From assembly GCA_938086805.1 (NCBI GenBank), contig CALKDH010000023.1, forward strand, positions 1-61,933: a DNA stretch of 61,933 nucleotides, in the 5' to 3' direction. Origin of the DNA: an uncultured PS1 clade bacterium (GTDB lineage Bacteria > Pseudomonadota > Gammaproteobacteria > PS1 > Pseudothioglobaceae). The first letter of the stretch is position 1, and each line of letters opens with the position of its first letter. The notes below the pieces were generated by a model. It was not told the origin of the DNA, searched no databases, and saw only the letters and a list, made by a program, of their open reading frames with translations. The position numbers and the translations under genes are program-made. Shown here one piece after another: positions 39,500-48,428 of this stretch.

Positions 39500-40093
39500 A
39501 TGAGAGCCATGGATAAAGTCAATTTTATTAGCATGGAGGATGGTACATTAGAGGAGTATGCCTTTCTTGATGAGCTTGAAAATCAATATGTTAAAGATTT
39601 GCCATTACGACTCATCGATGCATTAAAGTCGCTAGATTCAAGCCTTTCAGGTTATCAAATTAGTCGATTAGAGCACTCACTTCAAGGAGCCACTAGAGCT
39701 TTTTTGGCAGGGGAAGACTTAGAGATGGTGATGGCAGTTTTGTTTCATGATATTGGCGACCCTCTTGCGCCCTATTCTCATTCTGAAATGGCTGCAGCTA
39801 TTCTTAGGCCGTTTGTATCAGACAAAATCTATTGGGTTATTAAGCATCATGGGGTATTTCAAATGTACTATTACGCGCATCACTCTGGCGGAGATAGAAA
39901 TGCAAGAGAAGCATTTATTGACAATCCATGGTATGACGATGCAGTAAAATTTTGTCATGATTATGACCAAAATTGCTTCGACCCTAATTATGAGTCAAAG
40001 CCATTAGAGTTTTTTTTACCGATGATTAATGAGTTTTTTTCAAGGCCTAAGCTTGATGATCCAGAACGAGTTGCTAGGTATGGCAAGGAATAA
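39500..40093 (+). CDS. tmpB: HD-domain mixed-valent diiron oxygenase, TmpB/PhnZ-like
   Basis: MDKVNF..M.DG...Y, LSGYQISRLEHSLQ.ATRA, HDIGD..APY.H, KHHG.FQ.YYAHH.GGDRNAR, DQNCFDP.Y. Co-linear with TmpB as recalled. Confidence 0.7.
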   Translation: MRAMDKVNFISMEDGTLEEYAFLDELENQYVKDLPLRLIDALKSLDSSLSGYQISRLEHSLQGATRAFLAGEDLEMVMAVLFHDIGDPLAPYSHSEMAAAILRPFVSDKIYWVIKHHGVFQMYYYAHHSGGDRNAREAFIDNPWYDDAVKFCHDYDQNCFDPNYESKPLEFFLPMINEFFSRPKLDDPERVARYGKE

Positions 40094-40108
40094 AGTAAGG
40101 AAATATTA

Positions 40109-40621
40109 ATGAGCGATATAATTAGAAACTTTTCAGCACGTCAAATTTATTTGATTATTTTTATAATTGTTGGATCTCTTCTTGGCTATGCTGCATACAG
40201 TATGAAAATTTTAGGCCTTGAGCCATGCACCCTCTGTATTACTCAACAGTTTTTTTACTGTCTTATCGGTCTAAGCGCTTTTATCGCTTTTATTCATGGT
40301 CCGAGTCCTACGGTAGGAAGAATCTATTCGTCTTTATTGTCTATTTTTTCAATAGCAGGTATTTGGATCTCTGGTCGTCAAGTTTGGCTTCAAGGGCTTC
40401 CTGAAGATGAGGTTCCATTGTGTGGGCCTCCTTTAGAATATATCATTGATGTATTTCCTTTTGCCGATGTAATTAGTGCATTATTTATGGGTGATGGAAA
40501 TTGTGCAGAAATACCTTGGGCGTTTTTAGGTCTCAGTATGGCTGGTTGGTCCCTGATTTGGTTTGTTGTTATTTTCCTTTTAAGCATCACTTCTTTTTTC
40601 AAATCAAGGGCTTCATCATAG
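40109..40621 (+). CDS. dsbB: Disulfide bond formation protein B
   Basis: LEPCTLC, second Cys pair (CGP...GNC), 4 TM segments. Confidence 0.88.
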   Translation: MSDIIRNFSARQIYLIIFIIVGSLLGYAAYSMKILGLEPCTLCITQQFFYCLIGLSAFIAFIHGPSPTVGRIYSSLLSIFSIAGIWISGRQVWLQGLPEDEVPLCGPPLEYIIDVFPFADVISALFMGDGNCAEIPWAFLGLSMAGWSLIWFVVIFLLSITSFFKSRASS

Positions 40622-40704
40622 AAGATTCCTAAGCATCTGGAATTTCCAAATATATTTAATCTATGGTAAGATTTACTCTAAGTAGGGTAAAGTATTTTTA
40701 AGAT

Positions 40705-41841
40705 TTGGCTGATTTTAAAGAAACAGTAAGCGCGCTATTAGAGTCAGTTGATATTCAGGTTAATGGCACTCGTCCATTTGATATTCAAGTACATAATAAA
40801 CTTTTTTATACCCGTGTCCTATCCGGAAAGTCCTTAGGTCTTGGAGAAAGCTATATGGACGGTTGGTGGGACTGCGAAGCACTGGACCAATTTTGTTACC
40901 AAATGCTAAGGGGCCGGATCGACAAACAAATTAAAGTTAAAAATCCAGCTTTTCTCTTGCATGTTCTAAGAGCTTATTTTTTAAATGCTCAGTCTAAAAA
41001 GAGGGCGTATATTGTTGGCAAGCAGCATTATGATACTGGTAATGATTTATTCTCTTTAATGCTTGATCAAAGAATGATTTACTCCTGTGGCTATTGGAAG
41101 GGTGCAGATAATTTAGATCAAGCACAGGTAAATAAATTAGATCTGGTTTGTAGAAAGTTGCATTTGAAGCCAGGCATGAAAGTTCTCGAAATTGGCTCTG
41201 GCTGGGGAGGTTTTGCAAAGTATGCTGCTGAAAACTATGGTGTAAGCGTACATGGAGTAACAGTATCTAAGGAGCAAAAGGAATATGCTCAAGAGTCTTG
41301 CAAAGGTCTAGACACTTTATTTGAATTAAAGGATTATAGGGACTTATATGGAAACTATGATGCCATCGCTTCCATAGGTATGTTCGAGCATGTTGGTTAT
41401 AAAAACTACAGAAAATATATGGAGGTTGCCCGGAGATGTTTAAACGATGATGGGCTTTTCTTACTTCATACCATTGGTAGAAACACACCCTCAAGATCTA
41501 CAGACCCTTGGACCAATAAATATATTTTTCCTAATGGCATGATTCCCTCACCAGCTCAGATAAGTAAATCAGCACAAGGATTATTCGTTATAGAGGATTG
41601 GCATAATTTTGGAGAGGACTATGATCCAACACTTATGGCCTGGAATGAAAATTTTCAAAAAAGTTATGATAGTTTGAAGGATAAATATGATGAACGATTC
41701 AAGCGTATGTGGGAGTATTACCTTTTGATGTGTGCTGGAACATTTCGCTCTAGAAGGAATCAGTTATGGCAGTTAGTCCTTTCAAAAAAAGGCTTGAAAG
41801 GTGGCTACTCTTATCAAAATAACCATAGACCTACTCCATAA
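40705..41841 (+). CDS. cfa: Cyclopropane fatty acyl phospholipid synthase
   Basis: LGLGESYMDGWW, HYDTGND, YSCGYW, LEIGSGWG, GMFEHVG, YIFPNG. Confidence 0.92.
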   Translation: MADFKETVSALLESVDIQVNGTRPFDIQVHNKLFYTRVLSGKSLGLGESYMDGWWDCEALDQFCYQMLRGRIDKQIKVKNPAFLLHVLRAYFLNAQSKKRAYIVGKQHYDTGNDLFSLMLDQRMIYSCGYWKGADNLDQAQVNKLDLVCRKLHLKPGMKVLEIGSGWGGFAKYAAENYGVSVHGVTVSKEQKEYAQESCKGLDTLFELKDYRDLYGNYDAIASIGMFEHVGYKNYRKYMEVARRCLNDDGLFLLHTIGRNTPSRSTDPWTNKYIFPNGMIPSPAQISKSAQGLFVIEDWHNFGEDYDPTLMAWNENFQKSYDSLKDKYDERFKRMWEYYLLMCAGTFRSRRNQLWQLVLSKKGLKGGYSYQNNHRPTP

Positions 41842-42403
41842 AAAGACCATCAATCATTGCAACTGAGCTACATCCAGATCGGTATACATTATCTTGATTT
41901 TTTAAATTGATGCCTCCAATACCTACGATAGGAATAGATATATATTTTTTTATTTCCTCAATTCTAGAAAGGGAGCAATGAATTGCCTTTGGCTTGTTGT
42001 TTGACTTAAAGATAGCGCCCAAGGCGATGTAGTCGGCACCATTTTGCTCAGCTTGAATTGCAAGATCTAAGCTATTATGACAAGTCACTCCAATGATAAA
42101 TTGATTTCCCAGACTCTCTCTTGCAGATTTTGCATTCAAGTCATCTTGGCCTAGGTGCAGACCATGAGCGCCTACTTTCTGGCAAAGGTTCATATCATCA
42201 TTGACTATAAATAAAGTATTATGTTCTAAGCATAGATTAAGAAGTTTTTTTGCTTCTTCCACCTTTGTTTTTGTGTTGACTGCTTTTCTGCGATATTGGA
42301 GAATATTGATACTATGTTTTTTAATGGCATTCTCAATAAGGTCAATGTTAAGGTCTTTGTCTGGAGTAATTCCGTACAATCCTTGTATTCTTTGATTTAG
42401 CAT
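41831..42403 (-). CDS. thiE: Thiamine phosphate synthase
   Basis: GLYGIT, QYR.K, IVNDD, HLGQDD, GVTCH, IGGI. ATG at 42403 preferred. Confidence 0.9.
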   Translation of the reverse strand: MLNQRIQGLYGITPDKDLNIDLIENAIKKHSINILQYRRKAVNTKTKVEEAKKLLNLCLEHNTLFIVNDDMNLCQKVGAHGLHLGQDDLNAKSARESLGNQFIIGVTCHNSLDLAIQAEQNGADYIALGAIFKSNNKPKAIHCSLSRIEEIKKYISIPIVGIGGINLKNQDNVYRSGCSSVAMIDGLFME

Positions 42404-42406
42404 AAT

Positions 42407-43357
42407 ATGGGACTTTTTCAAACTAAGAAAATTCAATCACTTGTAGTTTTAATTATAGTCTTGATCATTATTTTTTGGATATTTCAAGATAATTTATTGA
42501 ATATTTCTGTTTTAAAAAAATCTTCATCAGAAGTTGAGGTTGCAGTTACTCAAGATAAGGACACTCCTTACCTTGAGAAAATTGATAATTTTATTATCAA
42601 GGAGTATTCAAGTAATCAGGTTTTATTGCACACTATTGAGGCAGACGTATATAAAAGCTTTGAAAACGCCCCAGTTCAGCTAGAAACTGTAAAGGTAACA
42701 ACGTTTGATGAGTCTCAAAATGAAAATTTAATGTTGAAATCTAATCGAGCGGTTATTCTAAAATCAGGTGCGATTCATTTTATAGGTGAGGTAGAAATCA
42801 AAACTATGAGTGGTATCTCTCACGAGATTGATACCGAACTTTTGGTTGTAAAGGATGGTCAAATTAATAGTAATCGTGAGATTGTATATCTTGGTGAAAG
42901 TGCAAAAATTTTTGCTCAGGGGATGGATATGAATCTTGATAAAGATATAATGAATTTAAATGGTGAAGTTCAAATTCTCCAAGATACAGGTGCAACAATT
43001 GATACTAAAAATCTATATATAAATCAAGCAGATGGCATTAAAAAATATATGAGCAATGAGCCTACTGTCTATCGATCAAATCAAAATGTTGTCAATTCAG
43101 ATAATGGTATCGATGTAGATATGAATTCAAAGATAACAAAACTCCTTGGCAATGTTGATATTTTGGATAGCTCGGGGAGTTCTCTTGTGAGCTATGATTT
43201 GATAATTGATCAGTCAAACGGAGGTGAAATTTTCAGGTCCAATTCACCAAGTAATTTTAAATCCAGCAATGTTGACATCAAGTCAAAAAAAATGCATTAT
43301 GATGCTATTACAAAGAAACTTAAACTAACGGATGAGGTTGTTGCTGTTTATGAATAA
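42407..43357 (+). CDS. lptC: LPS export protein LptC, elongated with repeated beta-jellyroll units
   Basis: N-terminal TM anchor, beta-rich ~61 aa repeats, directly upstream of lptA. Confidence 0.7.
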   Translation: MGLFQTKKIQSLVVLIIVLIIIFWIFQDNLLNISVLKKSSSEVEVAVTQDKDTPYLEKIDNFIIKEYSSNQVLLHTIEADVYKSFENAPVQLETVKVTTFDESQNENLMLKSNRAVILKSGAIHFIGEVEIKTMSGISHEIDTELLVVKDGQINSNREIVYLGESAKIFAQGMDMNLDKDIMNLNGEVQILQDTGATIDTKNLYINQADGIKKYMSNEPTVYRSNQNVVNSDNGIDVDMNSKITKLLGNVDILDSSGSSLVSYDLIIDQSNGGEIFRSNSPSNFKSSNVDIKSKKMHYDAITKKLKLTDEVVAVYE

Positions 43358-43835
43358 ATTGATTTTACTAGTGGCGCTATTTTTCTCTACTTTTGCCTTT
43401 GCTCTCTCTGGGGATGCTGAGCAGCCAATAGAGATAGAGGCTGAATCTGTCATGGTTGATGAGACGACTGGATTTAATGAGTTTATTGGAGATGCAGAAG
43501 TAAAGCAAGGCTCTTTGGTAATGACAGCAGAAATCATTCAAGTGCAGACCAATGCTGATGGCGTGGAAACTATGATTGCTAAAGGTACAATTGAAAAACC
43601 TGCGAAGTATATTCAAAGTCAAGAAAATCAGGCTCGATTCATTGAAGCAACCGCAACACTTATTACTTATGATGTTAATGAGGGTATGATTTTTTTGGTG
43701 GGCGACGCCTATTTAGTTCAAGGATTTGATTCCTTTAGTGGAGACTCTTTAACTTATGATATTAATAATGATAAGGTATTAGTTAAAGGCTCTGAGGATG
43801 GAACTAAGAGAGTAAAGTTTAAAATAGACCTTTAA
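43350..43835 (+). CDS. lptA: LPS transport periplasmic protein LptA
   Basis: Signal peptide, ALSGD.EQPIEIEAE, QG.L...A, GD.L.Y, RVK. Confidence 0.88.
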   Translation: MNKLILLVALFFSTFAFALSGDAEQPIEIEAESVMVDETTGFNEFIGDAEVKQGSLVMTAEIIQVQTNADGVETMIAKGTIEKPAKYIQSQENQARFIEATATLITYDVNEGMIFLVGDAYLVQGFDSFSGDSLTYDINNDKVLVKGSEDGTKRVKFKIDL

Positions 43836-43846
43836 ATTGATTTAGT

Positions 43847-44500
43847 TCAGCTTGATAGTGCGGTTGAAATTCTATCTTTAACCTCTTCTAAGGTACCTAC
43901 GCCATTTATGGCAATAAATTTAGTGCCAGTTGCTGAGTTATTTGCATCAGTTCGATAATACTTTACGAGTGGCTCAGTTTGCTTGTGGTAAATCTTAAGT
44001 CGACCTCTAACTATTTCTTCATTATCGTCAACGCGTTGAATAAGATCACCCCCAGTAATATCGTCCTTTCCAGCTACTTTAGGAGGGTTGAACTTGATAT
44101 GGTATGTTCTTCCAGAAGATAGGTGAACTCGACGCCCTGACATCCTTTCAACTATATCATCATCAGGTACTTTAACCTCAACGCAATAATTGATTTGAAT
44201 GCCCTCTAATTTAAGTGCGTTAGCTTGGTTAATAGTTCTTGGGAATCCATCCAGTAAATAACCATTATGGCAATCAGGCAAATGGATTCTCTCTTTAACA
44301 AGTGAAATGATGAGCTCATCGGGTACCAGATTTCCAGCATCAATAGTTTTTTTTGCCTCCAGGCCAACTGGTGACCCTGCATTCACTGCCGCTCGCAACA
44401 TATCACCAGTAGAGACCTGAGGGATATTAAACTTTTCACAAATATGCGCTGCTTGAGTTCCTTTTCCTGCACCAGGGGGGCCTAACAAAATAATATTCAT
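43847..44500 (-). CDS. adk: Adenylate kinase
   Basis: [25 protein letters not shown]. Confidence 0.96.
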   Translation of the reverse strand: MNIILLGPPGAGKGTQAAHICEKFNIPQVSTGDMLRAAVNAGSPVGLEAKKTIDAGNLVPDELIISLVKERIHLPDCHNGYLLDGFPRTINQANALKLEGIQINYCVEVKVPDDDIVERMSGRRVHLSSGRTYHIKFNPPKVAGKDDITGGDLIQRVDDNEEIVRGRLKIYHKQTEPLVKYYRTDANNSATGTKFIAINGVGTLEEVKDRISTALSS

Positions 44501-44515
44501 ATGATTGCGTTTTAT

Positions 44516-45760
44516 TTAAATTTCAAAGGGAGGTAGTTTCTTGTTTACCTTTATTTTTTTCATTACAACATATTCTGGCAAACCATTATTATACGGGGGA
44601 TAATTTTCTCCTTCAATAAGTGGAAGTAAATATTCACGACATGAATCTGTTATGGAGAATCCATCTTCCGAAATAAAACTTGTTGGCATCATTTTTTCAA
44701 CATTTGCTATGTCCTTTAAATCTCCATAGCCAATTTCCCATTGATAAGGGGTACTTGATTTTCTTACTATTGAGGGCATGATTGAATTTTTTCCATCTAA
44801 AGCCATTTCAACTGCAGCCTTTCCTAAAGCATAAGCTTGTTCAACATCGGATTGAGAAGCTAAGTGTCTTGCAGAACGCTGAAGGTAATCAGCCACTGCC
44901 CAGTGGAACTTATAGCCAAGAGATTTTTTAATGATATTTGCTACCACAGGGGCTGCACCCCCAAGCTGCGCATGGCCAAAGTCATCACGAGTTCCTTGTT
45001 CTGCGAGGAACGAGCCATCTGGCCATTTTGTTCCTTCTGATACAACTATAGTGCAGTATCCAAATTCTTTTACATTTTTATCAACTTTAGCTAAAAATTT
45101 TTCTTCATCAAAGTCGACTTCAGGAAACAAAATGACAACAGGTATCGAAGAGTCAACTAGCCCACCAGCTGCAGCAATCCACCCTGCATGTCGTCCCATA
45201 ACCTCTAAAACAAAGATTTTTGTTGAAGTAGCTGCCATTGATGCTACGTCAAAGCTTGCTTCCATTGTAGAGACGGCAATATATTTCGCAACAGAGCCAA
45301 ACCCTGGACAGTTATCAGTGACTGGTAAATCATTATCTACAGTTTTGGGAATATGAATTGCTTGAATTGGAAACCCCATACTTTCAGATAGTTGAGAAAC
45401 TTTAAGGCAAGTATCTGCTGAGTCACCTCCACCATTATAAAAAAAATAACCAATATTATGAGCCTTAAAGACATCTATCAAGCGTTCATATTCAGCTCTA
45501 TTAGCGTCGAGAGATTTCATTTTGTATCGGCAAGATCCAAAACCACCTGAAGGTGTATGATTTAGTGCAGCGATATCTTTATCTGACTCTAAAGAAGTAT
45601 CAATTAGATTTTCAGTTAAAGCTCCAATAATTCCATTCTCACCAGCATAGACTGTGCCGATTTTATCTGAGTGTTTGCGAGCTGTTTCAATTACACCGCT
45701 AGCTGAGGCATTAATAACTGCAGTCACTCCTCCAGATTGTGCATAAAAGGCATTTTTCAT
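44516..45760 (-). CDS. pfk: 6-phosphofructokinase, probably PPi-dependent
   Basis: QSGG, NGGGDS, PKTVDND, EVMGRHAG. Confidence 0.9.
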   Translation of the reverse strand: MKNAFYAQSGGVTAVINASASGVIETARKHSDKIGTVYAGENGIIGALTENLIDTSLESDKDIAALNHTPSGGFGSCRYKMKSLDANRAEYERLIDVFKAHNIGYFFYNGGGDSADTCLKVSQLSESMGFPIQAIHIPKTVDNDLPVTDNCPGFGSVAKYIAVSTMEASFDVASMAATSTKIFVLEVMGRHAGWIAAAGGLVDSSIPVVILFPEVDFDEEKFLAKVDKNVKEFGYCTIVVSEGTKWPDGSFLAEQGTRDDFGHAQLGGAAPVVANIIKKSLGYKFHWAVADYLQRSARHLASQSDVEQAYALGKAAVEMALDGKNSIMPSIVRKSSTPYQWEIGYGDLKDIANVEKMMPTSFISEDGFSITDSCREYLLPLIEGENYPPYNNGLPEYVVMKKIKVNKKLPPFEI

Positions 45761-45992
45761 AGTTTTATATTTTTTTATTAAGGTTTAGGGTTTTAGTATG
45801 CAAGTTTGAAAAAACACATACAAGACTTCTTTAGAGATAAGAAAAAGTATAACACTTGGGATGAATACAGTATTCAATATTTTTTAAAGTATTTTTAATT
45901 TATTATTATCACTATCAAATTACATTTTAATGGCTCATAAAATGCGATTGTTACAATTTGTTTCACTTTAGACCTAGCCCTGGAAAAATGAA

Positions 45993-46679
45993 TTAATAAA
46001 TTGGAATCACCTCGTTAAAATTTTCTATATTTTTATATCCAGGTATATTTTTTTTGTCAATCTTAGTACTTGGTTTGCTGATAGCAACTACGTTTTTAAT
46101 TTTAAATTTTCTAGCTGCTTCTAGTACATCAAGAGAGTCGTCAAAAAAAATTGACCTATCTTTATTAATATTGATTTGATTATCAAGATCTTTCCAAAAT
46201 TTTTGTTCTTGTTTTGGAATTCCAAAGTCATGAGAAGAAATGATTTCATCAAAAAAATCTTGAATTTTAGACATTTTCATTTTTAGTTTAATGCCTTTTC
46301 TGTGAGCATTTGTAACAAGATAAATGCGTTTATTGTTTTCTTTTGCACTTTGAAGAAAAGTTAAAGCATGATCATGGACCTTAATCAGATGCGAAATATC
46401 AGCCTTCAGTTTCATAATATCTAACTCAAGCTCTTTTTCCCAATAATCAAGGCAATACCAGGTCAACTTACCTTCTTGAGAATTAATTTTTGATATGACT
46501 ATTTCTTTTGCACTTTGAAAGTCGATATTATTTTTTTTTGAGTAAACCTCAGGAACATATTCCAACCAAAACTCTAGATCAAAGTTTAAATCTAACAATG
46601 TCCCATCTAGATCTAAAAGTATTGTATCAATTTGATTCCAATCTAATTTAAGATTATTTTCTTCGCCAGGTTGTTCCAT
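45993..46679 (-). CDS. yrfG: GMP/IMP nucleotidase (HAD family)
   Basis: LLDLDGTLLDL.FD..FW, L.WYCLDYW, LVTNAH, FDDS. Confidence 0.85.
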   Translation of the reverse strand: MEQPGEENNLKLDWNQIDTILLDLDGTLLDLNFDLEFWLEYVPEVYSKKNNIDFQSAKEIVISKINSQEGKLTWYCLDYWEKELELDIMKLKADISHLIKVHDHALTFLQSAKENNKRIYLVTNAHRKGIKLKMKMSKIQDFFDEIISSHDFGIPKQEQKFWKDLDNQININKDRSIFFDDSLDVLEAARKFKIKNVVAISKPSTKIDKKNIPGYKNIENFNEVIPIY

Positions 46680-48036
46680 TTACACTATCTTCAAGAATAA
46701 TTCCAAGTTCAAAAAGTTCGTCCCTTATTTGGTCTGACATTGCAAAGTCTTTCGAGCTTCTGGCGCTCTCACGTTGCTTTATTTTCTTTGTTATGTCTGA
46801 CTCAGTCAGCTCAGTGCCCTGCTTCATGTATTCATCAGCATTGTATTCAAGAATGCCAATATAGTTTCCAAGTTTTACTAGCTCGCTTGATAAAGCACCG
46901 GCTTTTTTTAGGTTATTCGTTCGTTCAATATTAATTTGTTTTGCAATCTCAAAAAGAATGCTTAGGGCCATTGGTGTGTTGAAGTCATCATTTAATGCAG
47001 CATTAAATTTTTTTTCAAAATCAGTGTTGATCAGTGATTTATCCTCAACATTTTTGTCTAAGCCTTTAATAGCGTTATAGAGTCTTTTTAAGGCAGATTG
47101 AGCATTATCAATGTTGGCTTCACTGTAATTCAAAGGAGATCGATAATGGCTACTAATAAGGAAATATCGAAGTGTTTCGCCATCGTAATTCTTTAGAACA
47201 TCGCGAATAGTAAAAAAGTTTTTAAGAGACTTGCTCATCTTTTCATCGTCAATATTTACAAATCCAACATGCATCCAAGTATTCACAAATTTACAACTAT
47301 TGGCGCCTTCTGACTGAGCAATTTCATTTTCATGATGAGGAAATGTTAGATCCATTCCACCCCCATGAATATCAAAATGATTAGAAATAAAATGATTGGA
47401 CATAGCGGAGCATTCAATATGCCAACCAGGCCTTCCATCACCCCAAGGTGATGGCCAGCTAGGTTCATCTGTTTTAGCTTTCTTCCAAAGAACAAAATCG
47501 AGTGGATCTTTTTTATCACTCTCAATATCCACCCTTGCTCCCGCCATTAGATCATCTAAGTTTTTCCCTGAAAGTTTTCCATATTCTTTGAAGTTTCTTA
47601 CAGCATAAAAAACATCTCCATTTTCCCCTTGATATGCTAAACCTTTTTTTGAGAGTGACGAAATCATCTCTATCATCTTATCAATTGAGTCTGTTGCCCT
47701 AGGTTCGATGTCGGGACTCAAAACGCCCAAAGATTTTTCATCTTGATGCATTTCATCAATAAATCTATTTGTTAATGAGTATATATCTTCATTATTTTCT
47801 AGAGCTCTTGAGATAATCTTATCGTCTATATCAGTAATATTTCTTACATAATTTACATTTGAAAAGTTGCGTTTTAAATGTCTTGTAATAACATCAAACA
47901 TAACCATAACTCTGGCATGACCCATATGGCAGAAATCGTAAACTGTCATTCCACAAACATAAATACCTACTTCGTTTGGATTTATTGGCTCGAACTTTTC
48001 TTTTTGATTATTTAAAGTGTTATAAATTTTAAGCAT
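46654..48036 (-). CDS. cysS: Cysteine--tRNA ligase
   Basis: YVCGMTVYD..HMGH, GRPGWHIECS, KMSKS. Confidence 0.97.
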   Translation of the reverse strand: MLKIYNTLNNQKEKFEPINPNEVGIYVCGMTVYDFCHMGHARVMVMFDVITRHLKRNFSNVNYVRNITDIDDKIISRALENNEDIYSLTNRFIDEMHQDEKSLGVLSPDIEPRATDSIDKMIEMISSLSKKGLAYQGENGDVFYAVRNFKEYGKLSGKNLDDLMAGARVDIESDKKDPLDFVLWKKAKTDEPSWPSPWGDGRPGWHIECSAMSNHFISNHFDIHGGGMDLTFPHHENEIAQSEGANSCKFVNTWMHVGFVNIDDEKMSKSLKNFFTIRDVLKNYDGETLRYFLISSHYRSPLNYSEANIDNAQSALKRLYNAIKGLDKNVEDKSLINTDFEKKFNAALNDDFNTPMALSILFEIAKQINIERTNNLKKAGALSSELVKLGNYIGILEYNADEYMKQGTELTESDITKKIKQRESARSSKDFAMSDQIRDELFELGIILEDSVNGTTWRRK

Positions 48037-48212
48037 GGCAATATTTTATACTGGATAGTTTAATTTAATACACATACCACTCATAATAGTTCTTAAGCGC
48101 AATATTACTTTTTATATTTTGGTTATCAATTAATATTGAACAAAATGTATAATCGTTTTACAACTAAAAATTTATATCAAACATTAAGAAATATAGTTGT
48201 CGAAACAATTCT

Positions 48213-48377
48213 ATGAAAAAATTTCAATGTGCCATGTGTGGTTGGATTTATGATGAGGCAAAAGGAATTCCTGAGGAAGGAATTGAGCCTGGAACATCCT
48301 GGGATGAAGTTCCAGATGATTGGGTTTGTCCAGTTTGTGGTTCTGGAAAAGAGGATTTCTCCATGGTTCAAATATAG
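48213..48377 (+). CDS. Rubredoxin (54 aa)
   Basis: Not in the ORF track. [54 protein letters not shown], with two CxxCG motifs. Confidence 0.93.
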   Translation: MKKFQCAMCGWIYDEAKGIPEEGIEPGTSWDEVPDDWVCPVCGSGKEDFSMVQI

Positions 48378-48428
48378 ATATTTTTTTACTAGTATATTTT
48401 CATTTTGTTTTAAAAAGGGTTAAAAATA

